The position numbers were made by a program, and so were the translations under genes. A stretch of DNA of 63,503 nucleotides, counting the filler, from Octopus bimaculoides (Eukaryota), in assembly GCF_001194135.2 (NCBI RefSeq). It is 4 parts of 4 records of this genome, joined end to end, with 100 filler letters (N's around TTAATTAATTAA, not from the genome) between each part and the next. Parts side by side here need not be neighbours in the genome. Positions count along the whole stretch, not along the records: positions 13,180 to 43,721 come from NC_068981.1; 3 more parts are not named here. The stretch is one strand, 5' to 3'. This document shows positions 24,801 to 37,274 of the stretch, in pieces (the stretch's first letter is position 1; every line of letters starts with the position of its first letter). A model generated the notes under the pieces. It was not told where the DNA came from, did not search any database, and was given only the letters and a program-made list of their open reading frames with translations.

Positions 24801-26554
24801 GACAATTTGCTCTAAACCGGTGACTGCTCTAAATATCTACCACATAGAGGCAAACCTTTAGCTTCAAGTCAGCGGTAATCGATCAGATTTATAAGACGTC
24901 ACCAGCCGATTTTTGTATATCTAGCACTAAATTTTCCAGTAAGTCCTTATTTTACAGAGGGTAACAGATGATTTCAGGGAGTGTTGGCCGCAATACCTAG
25001 TATTTCCAGAGACCAGATTAGCATATAACTCACTAGTATGTCAGCAGTTGTAGTTGCACTGAAGAATTGCGTCAGTTTTCAAAGCAGAGTTGCATTCTTC
25101 TAGCATCTTGTCGTTGATTGGGATGGATGTGAAGATCTTTTTATCGATATAAGGTTTCAGAAATCATGTGAAAGAGATGGGGTTTTGTTGCAGTTATCTT
25201 ATGTTCAATGATTGTGAGCTGGAACCTCTAAGTGACCATTCATACCGCGAGATATAGCAGTCTTCAGTCTTAAATATTGATCAATAATATAGTCCTTCTT
25301 ACACGCTGTCGTCAGTGGAGCATCTTTGGTTTATGGGATCAACGCTAATACGGAAGGACTCAAAGTTGTTGTTTGATTCACTACAAATAGTAGTCAAATA
25401 CACCTCAGTAGTCCTGAATACACCGAAATAGATGGACTGGTCGTGGTTGGAATACGTTTGACTATCGATCTACTCGATCGGAAATTGAACTGAGATCAAA
25501 CAACATCAGCAACAACAATCACTGGTCAATATGCTACAGATTAAAACAGGACAACAAGAGAAGGAAAGAGAGAAAGATAGAGTGGGAAAGAAATAGAGAG
25601 AAGGGACAGAGAGAGAGAGAAAAAAGAAGAAAGTGTTTGTGCATGTGCGCGCGTGTGTGTGCGAGCAATATCAGTAAAGAAGAGACTGTCCGTTATTTAA
25701 GAGTATCGCTTTCAGATTTTGACAACGCGAGCAGACGTCCATTTACATTTTAAGGTCCATATTTATGGATAGACAATCTGAACTCTGACCCGGAAGAGGA
25801 ATGGAAACGAGGCTGATAACCTATTGTAAGTTTACAGATGCAGCCACGAATACGACAGTGATGAGATGGTGTTGTGAGTGATAGGAAAGTTGAGAGGCTG
25901 AGAGAGAATGAGAGGAGGAAAATATAATGCGAGAGAAATTTGGGAGGAGAGTGAACTAGGGCCGAGAGTGACAGATAATAGGGGGAATTATATTCAAGAT
26001 TTATAAAGATTTAGCAGCATAAATAGAAACAGATGATATCTTATACGCTCGTTCAATACACACGCGCGCGCGCACACGTATACACATATACGAACAGATT
26101 CACAGACGTGTGTGTGTGTGTGTGTGCTTGTAAGTATGGATCCATGTGTGTGTGTTTACGTATGCGGACATCATGAAAAGAGATACAAAGAGTGAAGGAT
26201 ATATATATATATATATATATATANNNNNNNNNNNNNNNNNNNNNNNNNNNNNNNNNNNNNNNNNNNNNNNNNNNNNNNNNNNNNNNNNNNNNNNNNNNNN
26301 NNNNNNNNNNNNNNNNNNNNNNNNNNNNNNNNNNNNNNNNNNNNNNNNNNNNNNNNNNNNNNNNNNNNNNNNNNNNNNNNNNNNNNNNNNNNNNNNNNNN
26401 NNNNNNNNNNNNNNNNNNNNNNNNNNNNNNNNNNNNNNNNNNNNNNNNNNNNNNNNNNNNNNNNNNNNNNNNNNNNNNNNNNNNNNNNNNNNNNNNNNNN
26501 NNNNNNNNNNNNNNNNNNNNNNATATATATATATACATACATATATATATATAC

Positions 26555-26710
26555 ATATATACGACGGGCTTCTTTCAGTTTCCGTCTACCAAATCCACTC
26601 ACAAGGCTTTGGTCGGCCCGAGGCTATAGTAGAAGACACTTGCCCAAGGTGCCACGCAGTGGGACTGAACCCGGAGCTATGTGGTTGGTAAGCAAGCTAC
26701 TTACCACATA
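26555..26710 (-). mobile_element. SINE family C, 5' part (well preserved)
   Basis: acgacgggcttctttcagtttccgtctaccaaatccactcacaaggctttggtcggcccgaggctatagtagaagacacttgcccaaggtgccacgcagtgggactgaaccc. Confidence 0.9.
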
Positions 26711-26727
26711 TATACACATACACGTTA

Positions 26728-27607
26728 CGGCTGATCAATAAGTATCCGGACTGTTGCCATAGTAATGAAGCACGCAGAGTAAAGCTGCTTGACACAGATT
26801 GGCCTTGAATTCTGCTGTTTGCACACCAAGTTTTGACGTTCTAACTCACTTCTGCTGCTTACGTCACTGCTTGGAAGGAAGGTGTGTAGCGCGTGATCGT
26901 CGCATTGACCATGACAGAGAAAGTTGTCATGACGATACCTGCTCAGAGACCTGCGCAAAATTGCAGACAGTGTATGGAGAGCGGTGTATGAGCCGCACAC
27001 AAGTGTACGAGAGGTTCAGACGTTTCCAAGATTGCCCCAAAATGTCGATACCGACGAACTTTCTGAGACACCTGCAACCAGCAGAAATGAGTAAAACATC
27101 GTAGATGTGCATGCAGCTGCGAGGGGAAATCGTCGAATCAACCATCCGTGAGTTATCGGAAAATATGCAGATTAGTTACGGTGCAGTTTAGTTCATTATT
27201 AATGAAGATTTGTGCACGAGACGTGTGTCTGCTAAGGTTGTAGCAAATCTACTTTCAGCTGACCAAAAAGACACTCGGGTTTCAGTTGCGGAAGATCTCT
27301 TTGACTGTTTCAAGAATGATGAAATCGCTTTGGAAACTTTGCGCAGGCCTCTGAGCAGGTATCGCCAAGCTTTTGGCAAAATTTGATGTAGATTCTCTGC
27401 TCAATTATCTCTGTCATGGTCAATGCGACGATTACACGCTACACACGTTCCTGCAAAGCACTGCTGTTAGCAGCGGGAGAGAGCTAAAACGTTAAAACTG
27501 TGTGTGCATACACAGCAGAGTACAAGGTCAATCTGTGCCAAGCGGCTTTACTCTGCATGTCTCATCTTCGTTACTATGGCAGCAGTCCGATACTTATTGA
27601 TCAGCTC
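26728..27607 (+). mobile_element. Internally deleted mariner transposon with decayed N-terminal transposase
   Basis: ~43-bp TIRs (GGCTGATCAATAAGTATCCGGACTGTTGCCATAGTAATGAAG vs reverse complement of the right end); TA at 26726-27. Frames SETCAKLQTVYGERCMSRTQVYERFRRFQD (HTH1) and IRELSENMQISYGAV*FIINEDLCTRRVSAKVVANLLS (HTH2 plus WVPHEL-like linker); catalytic domain missing. Confidence 0.9.
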
Positions 27608-27677
27608 TCATGTGTGTGTCTGTGTGTGTGTTTGTAGTTAATACACACACATACACATAAAATCTACAGACACACAC

Positions 27678-27715
<38 letters not shown>

Positions 27716-27903
27716 ATAAGTAAAAACTCGCAAAAGCAAGTGGTACTCTTTACAACCATTAGATCCCATGTTCATTGCACCGACGTTAGATAAATTTCTA
27801 CTACCAAGGATAAGGGTTAATCAAAGTTTTGTGTTTAAAGCTTAATTGACAACACGATGAAGAAGCCAATTGGCCACACGCACGCATATAGTTATACATT
27901 TCG

Positions 27904-27940
<37 letters not shown>

Positions 27941-28099
27941 CAGGTCTATCTATCTATGTCTGTGTACTTGTATGTATGAGTGCATGTGTGTGTGTTTACG
28001 TATGCGGATATCATGAAAAGAGATACAAAGAGTGAAGGTTATATATATACCAACTATATACACACACTTGCGCATACACACACACACACACACATACAC

Positions 28100-28149
<50 letters not shown>

Positions 28150-28877
28150 GTCTGTCTGTCTGTCTGTCTATAGGATTTGTGTTTTTCTTGTTTCAATCAT
28201 TGGACTGCGGCCATAGTGAGGCGACGCTTTGTGGGATTTAGTCGAACAATTCGACCCCAGTACTTTTTTTTTGCCTGGTATTTATTTATTCAGTCACTTT
28301 TTGTCGACTCGCTAAGTTACTAGGGCCTAAATAAAACAACACCGGTTAACAACCGGTGACGGGGGACAAGCAGAAACATAAAAACACACACAATAAATAT
28401 GTAGATACATACATACATACATGCATACATACACACACACATACATACATACATACATACATACATGTAGGTAGATATGTATGTAGATATGTATGTATAC
28501 ACGCACTCACACACATACACACACGCATATATATAAACGTACATACATGCATACATTCATACACACACACATATTTATATAATGACAATTGGGCTGAGTT
28601 TTACTACAGTTGTTTCAGACGTGTTTTTTTATTGATGTACATATCAATTACATAATGCAAAAAGATCGTTTTCTTTGTGTGAATTAAATTGTTAAATCAA
28701 ATTTAATATTTAGGTTTTTTCACACAAATAGTATAGGATGCATATTGTTCTCCCATTCCATGTGAATACATGTTAAATTTCTTCTCCATGGTATAATTTT
28801 TATAATTGCTTTTTACCAGGTAAACAAAAAAAGGACAGCAGTTCTTGCTCATTTTGTTTGCTTTCTAGTTAGTAGTT

Positions 28878-29265
28878 GTGGAGGCGCAATGGCCCAGTGG
28901 TTAGGGCATCGGACTCGCGGTCATAGGATCGCGGTTTCGATTCCCAGACCGGACGTTGTGAGTGTTTATTGAGCGAAAACAACTAAAGTTCCACGAGGCT
29001 CCGGCAGGGGATGGTGGCGAACCCTGCTGTACTCTTTCACCACAACTTTCTCTCATCTTTCTTCCTGTTTCTGTTGTACCTGTATTTCAATGGGCCTGCC
29101 TTGTCACACTGTGTCACGCTGAATATCCCTGAGAACTACGTTAAGGGTACACGTGTCTGTGGAGTGCTCAGCCACTTGCACGTTAATTTCACGAGCAGGC
29201 TGTTCCGTTGATCGGATCATCTGGAACCCTCGACGTCGTAAGCGACGGAGTGCCAACAACAACAC
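28878..29265 (+). mobile_element. Full-length SINE family A
   Basis: tRNA-like head with A box (TGGCCCAGTGG) and B box (GGTTTCGATTCC), body, (CAA)n tail; perfect 11-bp TSD AGTTAGTAGTT (28867-77 / 29266-76). Confidence 0.95.
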
Positions 29266-29943
29266 AGTTAGTAGTTATACCAATATTTTTTGTACTTTTG
29301 TTCTTGTATTTAGTCTTTTGTGACCATTTGTACTCGCGTCTTTTGTTTACAACGATTCCTTTCTGCTGTAGTTTTTCGTACTGATACATTTAACTTCACT
29401 TCAACAAATTTCTTATTCTGTTATTTTATTTATTCTTCATGTTTTTCTGCTCCCTACTCCTTTCTCTTCCTTCCCACACTTTTTCTTTCTTTTACATCCG
29501 ACAGAAAATTAATGATCACGTTCAATTAATTTTCTATTTAGACTACCTTATACAACTAAATGTGACAAGTGAATTCGAAATGAACCCAAATTAATATGGC
29601 GGCCATCAAAAATAGAAAAGCCGTTTGAGGTGTTTGTAAGTAATGGATGTTGCCAGTCCGTATAATGACAACCAATAATCGCGATGTTGCAGCAACATCG
29701 CTCTCCGAAGCCTCTTTTGATTCGATGAAATACAGCTATCAAACTGTCATTATTCAATATGGTTGCGTATATTGCGGCTAACGTTGTGTAGCAGACTTAA
29801 GTCAGCAGCGAGAGCAGCTCATAACCCTGTCTCTAACGGTGTACTTGGGAGTCTCGGTTTGATGTTAGTTCACTTACAACAACAATTATTTTGAGGTGCT
29901 GGAGTGCAAGAACAAAGCTAGGCGAATCTGATGCTTGGTTTCG

Positions 29944-30100
29944 ATTGTTGTTGTTGTTGCTGTTGTTGTTGTTGTTGTTGTTCTTCTTCTTCTTCTTCTT
30001 CTTCTTCTTCTTCTTCTTCTTCTTCTTCTTCTTCTTCTTCTTTTTATTATCCTTATTATTATTATTAATATTATTATTATTATTATTATCATTATCATCA

Positions 30101-30179
<79 letters not shown>
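29944..30179. repeat. Compound trinucleotide microsatellite (TTG)n-(TTC)n-(TTA)n-(TCA)n-(TTA)n
   Basis: Direct reading. Confidence 0.95.
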
Positions 30180-30889
30180 NNNNNNNNNNNNNNNNNNNNN
30201 NNNNNNNNNNNNNNNNNNNNNNNNNNNNNNNNNNNNNNNNNNNNNNNNNNNNNNNNNNNNNNNNNNNNNNNNNNNNNNNNNNNNNNNNNNNNNNNNNNNN
30301 NNNNNNNNNNNNNNNNNNNNNNNNNNNNNNNNNNNNNNNNNNNNNNNNNNNNNNNNNNNNNNNNNNNNNNNNNNNNNNNNNNNNNNNNNNNNNNNNNNNN
30401 NNNNNNNNNNNNNNNNNNNNNNNNNNNNNNNNNNNNNNNNNNNNNNNNNNNNNNNNNNNNNNNNNNNNNNNNNNNNNNNNNNNNNNNNNNNNNNNNNNNN
30501 NNNNNNNNNNNNNNNNNNNNNNNNNNNNNNNNNNNNNNNNNNNNNNNNNNNNNNNNNNNNNNNNNNNNNNNNNNNNNNNNNNNNNNNNNNNNNNNNNNNN
30601 NNNNNNNNNNNNNNNNNNNNNNNNNNNNNNNNNNNNNNNNNNNNNNNNNNNNNNNNNNNNNNNNNNNNNNNNNNNNNNNNNNNNNNNNNNNNNNNNNNNN
30701 NNNNNNNNNNNNNNNNNNNNNNNNNNNNNNNNNNNNNNNNNNNNNNNNNNNNNNNNNNNNNNNNNNNNNNNNNNNNNNNNNNNNNNNNNNNNNNNNNNNN
30801 NNNNNNNNNNNNNNNNNNNNNNNNNNNNNNNNNNNNNNNNNTATATATATATAAACATATATATATGGGAGAATATACAAAAAATAACA

Positions 30890-30990
30890 ACAGACGAGGA
30901 CAGGTGGTGTAAATAACAAAAGTATATATTAGTATGACGCTCGGGAATACGGAAAGTCTTTGACGTTTCGAGCTACGCTCTTCAACAGAA
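30890..30990 (-). mobile_element. Penelope-like pseudo-LTR remnant with hammerhead-like core, between (TA)n tracts
   Basis: Minus strand CTGTTGA-A-GAGC-GTA-GCTC-GAAAC-GTC-AAA-GAC-TTTCC (30988-30951). Confidence 0.45.
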
Positions 30991-31104
30991 AGAATACGGA
31001 GACAAGGAGAAAAATATATATATATATATAGGTTAAAGTAGAAAAGAAAAGGTAATCAGTTTGAAAAGACTTGTCATGGACATTTAATTTAGCTATATAA
31101 TCCT

Positions 31105-31290
31105 TTCTTCAATAGGCACAAGGCCTGAAATTTGGAGGAGGTATAAGTCAATTACATCGAACCCCAGTACTCAATTTATCGACCCCAAAAGGATGAAAAG
31201 CGAAATCAACGAAATTTGAACTCAGAACATAACGACAGACGAAATACTGGTAAGAATTTCGCCCGACGTGCTAACGACTCTGCCAGCTTG
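31105..31290 (-). mobile_element. SINE family B copy
   Basis: atcgaccccaaaaggatgaaaagcg...gaaatttgaactcagaac...gcccgacgtgctaacgactctgccagcttgcc: reverse complement of the family B consensus. Confidence 0.85.
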
Positions 31291-31582
31291 CCGTTCCAGA
31301 TTCAGCTGTATAATAAAAGGTTTAGATAGCTAAATTGAATGTCCTTGTCAAGTCTTACCAAACTGTTTGCCTTTTCTTTTCTACTTTACCCCATACCGAC
31401 CGACTCAAGGGGAAATCACTTCTAGTCACTTTACATAAGGAATTTTAGTGACTTACCTATTCGAGCACTCAGAATACATGCCTATTAGTTTGAGTCATTC
31501 TGACTAAAACCCCCTCGTCTCTTTTATGTGTGGGAGAGAGAGAGTGAGTGTGTGTGTGCGTGCGTATGTATATTTACCCTCT

Positions 31583-31646
<64 letters not shown>

Positions 31647-31957
31647 NNNNNNNNNNNNNNNNNNNNNNNNNNNNNNNNNNNNNNNNNNNNNNNNNNNNNN
31701 NNNNNNNNNNNNNNNNNNNNNNNNNNNNNNNNNNNNNNNNNNNNNNNNNNNNNNNNNNNNNNNNNNNNNNNNNNNNNNNNNNNNNNNNNNNNNNNNNNNN
31801 NNNNNNNNNNNNNNNNNNNNNNNNNNNNNNNNNNNNNNNNNNNNNNNNNNNNNNNNNNNNNNNNNNNNNNNNNNNNNNNNNNNNNNNNNNNNNNNNNNNN
31901 NNNNNNNNNNNNNNNNNNNNNNNNNNNNNNNATATATATATATATATATATATATAT

Positions 31958-32120
31958 ACCACAGGCTTCTTTCGGTTCCTGTCTACCAAATCTACTCACA
32001 AGGTATTCGTCAGCCCAAGGATACATTTGAAATCACTCGGCGAAGGTGCCACTGCGTGGCACTGAACCTGGAACCATGTTGCTGGGAAGCAATGTTCTTA
32101 TTGCACAATCACGCCTGTGT
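31958..32120 (-). mobile_element. SINE family C, 5' part (decayed)
   Basis: caggcttctttcggttcctgtctaccaaatctactcacaagg...ggcactgaacctggaaccatgttgctgggaagcaa. Confidence 0.75.
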
Positions 32121-32634
32121 CTACAATTTAGTTACAAAATGTAAGGGGATCAAGTGATGTAGATGCAATGGAGTTCACTAGTTTACTATTTATGGAATTT
32201 AGGAATCACAACTTAAAAGAACGCAGTTAAGTTACCTCTGGCTTTTTATCAGTATTCGTTCATTCCACCAACCCACAGCCGTTTTATTTTTTTCGGAAAT
32301 AAACAGGATTATAAAATCGATGACATTAATTTTTATCATAATAACTGTCATCAGTAGCATCAACGACATCATAATCACCATCAAAACCGCGTGTTTATCG
32401 TTTCAGAAAGACAAAGAGTTACTATGACACGAGGTAACAATAGATCACTTAAGTGGTCGCCCACCTTGCTAGAATTAGCAGCCAAATTGACATCACATCA
32501 CAACCTGATTATATATGAAAGGTGAAATCAATTAGATCAATACCAGCACCTGACTGACAGATTATTTACCATGCTTGGCAACCAATTTTTGCCATGATTG
32601 ACCGATCGCACTAAACAAAATTACAACATCTTAC

Positions 32635-32848
32635 CTGCCGGTTTTGGTGATAATCATTTCCGTTCCTAATTCGTAGAATTTGCTCCAGAGTTCTTTACTT
32701 TCCAATTGACATTCTATTGCTTGCAAAGCAGTGATGTTTCCGTCACAGACTTTAAATTTTTTAATGGATCGTTCCGCAATATCATTTCGACTGAGCGATG
32801 AAAGAGAATTCGTAACTGTCGGACCAGCTGCTGACAGTACCAACTTTT
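32635..32848 (-). CDS. TBX20: Internal coding exon of a T-box transcription factor, most like Tbx20/H15/midline (N-terminal start of the T-box domain)
   Basis: Acceptor TTTTTCCATTTCAG| (AG at 32850-49) and donor CGGCAG|GTAAG (GT at 32634-33); 214 bp, phase 1 in, phase 2 out; open frame [72 protein letters not shown]. This matches the T-box start (Tbx20: [24 protein letters not shown]), and the donor splits the R codon before RMFP, the conserved T-box intron position. Subfamily assigned from this segment only. Confidence 0.9.
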
Positions 32849-34677
32849 CTGAAATGGAAAAAGTTTTAGTACGTTAAAATTTACGCTTGTCGTTACAATA
32901 AACACATACACAGACGAGACTCATTCACACGTACATCCTACTCCCTATCTCACATTCTCTGGCTATCTCGATATCTCTCAGCATATATATATACATATAT
33001 GCATATATGGGTACAGGATGTCACTAACTGTAAACAACACGAAGTACGAAAAGAAATGAGTTAAGTATGAAAACAACAAGAAAAAATAGAAAACTTGACA
33101 AGTAACACAAAGAACGACCATTCATCAGTCGTCGGCTGTCTATCTACTCCTCATTTCGAGCATTCAACGACAATATGAGTCATCGAAGACAGTTGCTCCC
33201 ATAACTTCCAAAATAAAATTTTGGATTTATGGATGGTCAAAGTTGGGAACAAAGATAGGACAGTGGAGACATGCAAGGAAACCGAACGAAAACAAACATG
33301 GAGGTTAGACCAGAACGAGGGGAAAATAGTGAACGCTGCGAGAAATATTTTCTTTGATAGACGTCCAGTCCTTAGAACGTCCGTGCGAGAAAAGAAAGAT
33401 GGTCACGTGAGGAAAAGAAAGTTGCACGAAGGTCACGTGTGAGCAGTGAGAGATGAGCTTCATGTGGTTTCGTAGTGTCAGTAACATAATTGCAAATAAG
33501 GAGCACACTAAACTAGGACATGTACTACATAACCATGAGCTTAGTGTTCATATAAAGAAGTTTACGCCCGATACACGAGGCCGTCACCTACCACTTACAA
33601 ATATTCTGTGGAGGGTACAACTATCAACAAAACTAGTTATGTAACTGTAACGTTGACAGAAAAAAGAATGCCGAAATGATGGTAGACACCGTACTCTCTC
33701 TTTCTCTCTCTCTTGGTCAACCTTTATATGTGGTGGATAATCTAAGAGCCGATAGATGAATCACAAATCAACATCTAAATCTCCGACTGAGAAGGATACT
33801 AGCGCGTTTATAAATTACGTGAAGCAATCTAAAGAGACACAAACTAATTAGTTATGTGACTTTTGTCGAAGCCGTTCTTAGTCTACATCTGCAATCATTA
33901 ACAGAAAAATGGTATAAGAACGGCATCGAAGAAAAATTTCAAATTTAAACTAAGACAAAAATTCTTTAAAACGAAAACTAATTAGTAAGCGAAATGCATC
34001 AAGAGATAAAAGTTTTCGTTATAGAGCTAAAACATATAATATTTGAAATATAATCCGCAGGTGTAGATCATCATTCGGCGGAAGATAAACAGTTGATAAC
34101 AGGGAACAACGCACCTAAAAGACATGACACTGAGGAAAAGTATAAAACGTTCTCACCTAATATATTTATGTGTGTGTCTATGTGTGTATAAATGGTCTAA
34201 TACATACTCACACACACAATCACACACACGCACACACTCACAGCACACACGTACACATATATACATGGATGCATAGATGCGTAGATACGCACACTCACAC
34301 ATACATAAATATGTACATACATACACGTATATAAATGGTTAACGACTGTTTTTATTTTCTTTTGCATAGATATTTAGAAAACATAGTCAACATTGTCTGA
34401 ACGGTAGCTCAATATGTTCCAGTTGAGTAGAGATATATTTTATGTTGAAAGAACAAGCTTGACTGTGAATCGAAAATGAGGTTTAGCCTACAGTCTGACG
34501 AAACCGATTAAGCCGAAACTTAGAAATCATTATCAATCTTTACTTGTAAATATAATATATAATACTACAGCTCATCCTCCAGAATCTAAGTCTCTTTTCA
34601 GGGTACAAAATAAGAGATAAATCAATAAACATATATACACAGGTATACGTGCATATTTACAAGTATGTGTGTGTTTG

Positions 34678-34713
<36 letters not shown>

Positions 34714-34771
34714 TGTATGTATGTATATCCACATTTGCGAGTCTGTTTTTATATACACCGACAGGTACAAA

Positions 34772-34886
<115 letters not shown>

Positions 34887-35213
34887 GCAATAAGAAAATG
34901 GAGGGGAATATGAGGCACTCATCAACTTGCAGACACTGTATTCCGTTTGATTAATCTGTTTATTTTATAACCAAAATGACAAAAAAAGACACTATACAGA
35001 CACTTATGACATACCATGTATGTATGATTTCGCCCCTTCTCCAATTGCTAAATGTCCCTTAAATTTGAAATCTTAATTGTTGATATGACATGGTATGTCA
35101 TAAGTGTCCGTATATTGTGTTTTTTGTCAATTTATAAAATAAACAGATTAATCAACGGAATACAGTGTCTGCAAGTTGATGAGTACCTCATATTCCCCTC
35201 CATTTTCTTATTG

Positions 35214-35214
<1 letters not shown>
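34887..35214. mobile_element. Fold-back MITE with ~130-bp near-perfect terminal inverted repeats, at a TG/TA microsatellite junction
   Basis: Left arm 34887-35019 (GCAATAAGAAAATGGAGGGGAATATGAGG...CTTATGACATACCATGT) pairs with right arm 35088-35214; ~68-bp spacer; TATA on both flanks. Confidence 0.85.
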
Positions 35215-35270
<56 letters not shown>

Positions 35271-35518
35271 CAGAGAAAGAGAGAGTCAGAGAGAGAGACT
35301 CAAACAATGTTTCAGTTCGCCGTATTTATTGTCTGCTAGATTTCCTGCAGTGAATGCAAAATGATGTAAAAGAAAAAGACATTTCCTAGCCACAGAATCC
35401 CATGAATGAAAATTAAGTCACCTTATTATTTTATCAGTTTGACAGTTGTATTTGCCAAATTGACTAGAAAGGGAAAGAAAGAGAAAATACAATTAACGTG
35501 ATAGCGTGGAAGGGACAC

Positions 35519-35553
<35 letters not shown>

Positions 35554-36058
35554 GTTATATAGAATGAGAAAGCAAAGAAAAAAAAACGAAGAGCGCGTGA
35601 GTGAGGGAGTAAGTGTGGTGAGATAAGTTTGTACAAGACAAATTAACTTAACAATGTGTTAAAACGTCATACGAAGTGGAAGGACAATGATAATTGATAG
35701 ATTTCCTGACACAAAGTAAAGAATGATCAAAATGCATGTGTATATGCATTGTTTTGTGTGTGTGGCAGGGTGTATACAGGGGTGTGTGTAATTGTGTATA
35801 GGAGAATATATTACTCAATTATAAGACTGTAAATAAAATGACAAAATCAAAGTCGGAATTTCATTGAGTAATATATATATATATATANNNNNNNNNNNNN
35901 NNNNNNNNNNNNNNNNNNNNNNNNNNNNNNNNNNNNNNNNNNNNNNNNNNNNNNNNNNNNNNNNNNNNNNNNNNNNNNNNNNNNNNNNNNNNNNNNNNNN
36001 NNNNNNNNNNNNNNNNNNNTATATATACATATATATATATACATATATATATGCGTGT

Positions 36059-36099
<41 letters not shown>

Positions 36100-36149
36100 C
36101 ATGTATGTATGCATGTATGTATTGTATGTATGTATATAGAAATATATAT

Positions 36150-36820
36150 ATACGCCTATTACTCGAAGAAATTCTGAATATTGGAAACTGCATGCTGTAC
36201 TGGTTGGTATTCGCGCTCGAAGCTCCAATACGAACATTTCAGTGTGTTTGGGTGTCAATCTGAGGACAGTGCAATCTGAGGGCATCTAGCAAGAGTGATA
36301 AAAATCAAACATCCAGTGGACATTATAGTGTTTGGAGTGATCACTAGTGATGGCGAAGTTATGCCTCCATTCATCTTCCCACATGGCCCCAGATTCAATC
36401 AGCATAGAGGCCTACATCAAATGCCTGGAGGAGGTTCTGCTGTCCTGGATCAAGAAGGTGACTACTGGAAGACCCTATGTCTGGCAACAAGACTCTGCAC
36501 CATGCCACACAAGGAGGGGATAATTTCTGACAATGGATGTCAAACAATTTCTGCTTCCACATCACCTCTAAAATCTGTCTAGCATTATGGCAGCATTCAC
36601 TAATTTAAGCAAGGAGACCGTCTAGAAGAGTTGCAGGAGATTCCGAAGTCGTCTGGAGGCCATGGTTGAAGCCAATGGTGATTTTGGTAAATAAATTTAC
36701 TCTTTAATATTTTAGGATATTTTTATGTAATTTTGGTAAATATGTATCTGTTAAAATAAGATATCGGTGTTATTCTCATTTTTGCGTGATTTACACGACA
36801 GTTTATTCACTGCACTGTGT
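36150..36820 (+). mobile_element. Internally deleted maT-like (Tc1/mariner) transposon
   Basis: Frames WKLHAVLVGIRARSSNTNISVCLGVNLRTVQ (HTH), KHPVDIIVFGVITSDGEVMPPFIFPHG and CLEEVLLSWIKKVTTGRPYVWQQDSAPCHT (second catalytic D in QQDSAP.H); frameshifted; ends in GACAGTTTATTCACTGCAC before a TA tract. Confidence 0.85.
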
Positions 36821-36821
36821 G

Positions 36822-36887
<66 letters not shown>

Positions 36888-37226
36888 AGTGTGTGTACGC
36901 CTAAACATGTTTGTGTGCTTTGCACGCGCGCGCGCGTGTGTGTGGTGTTTGTGCGAATGGATGCGTGTGGATGTGTAGCAACGCATGTAAATGTATTTTC
37001 ATGTGTCTGTGTGCGTGTGCGTGTGCCCGTTCGTGGGTCAGTGGCAACGTATGGAAATATTGTTTTATTGTATGTATGAATGTACATGTTTGTATGTATT
37101 TGTTTTGGGAACGAGCAGAAGGGAAAGAGAAAGAGGGAGACAGAAAATGGGGAACACAGAGGGAAAGAAAGAGATAAAGGGAGACAAACAAAGCAAAAAC
37201 TATTTATAATATCGTTCTATGTACCT

Positions 37227-37258
<32 letters not shown>

Positions 37259-37274
37259 ATTTCGGTTTCAAATT

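Noticed and set aside
28878-28950. tRNA-like heads of SINE A/A'/C/D as possible tRNA genes
   Set aside because: They continue into SINE bodies with tails and TSDs and lack a complete cloverleaf.
32446-32490. Palindromic NKX2/Tinman-like site CACTTAAGTG near the exon
   Set aside because: Embedded in a TGCTAGAA(A/T)TAGCAGCCAAA repeat remnant seen elsewhere (~10970, ~45430, ~60085), so it is not evidence of a specific enhancer.
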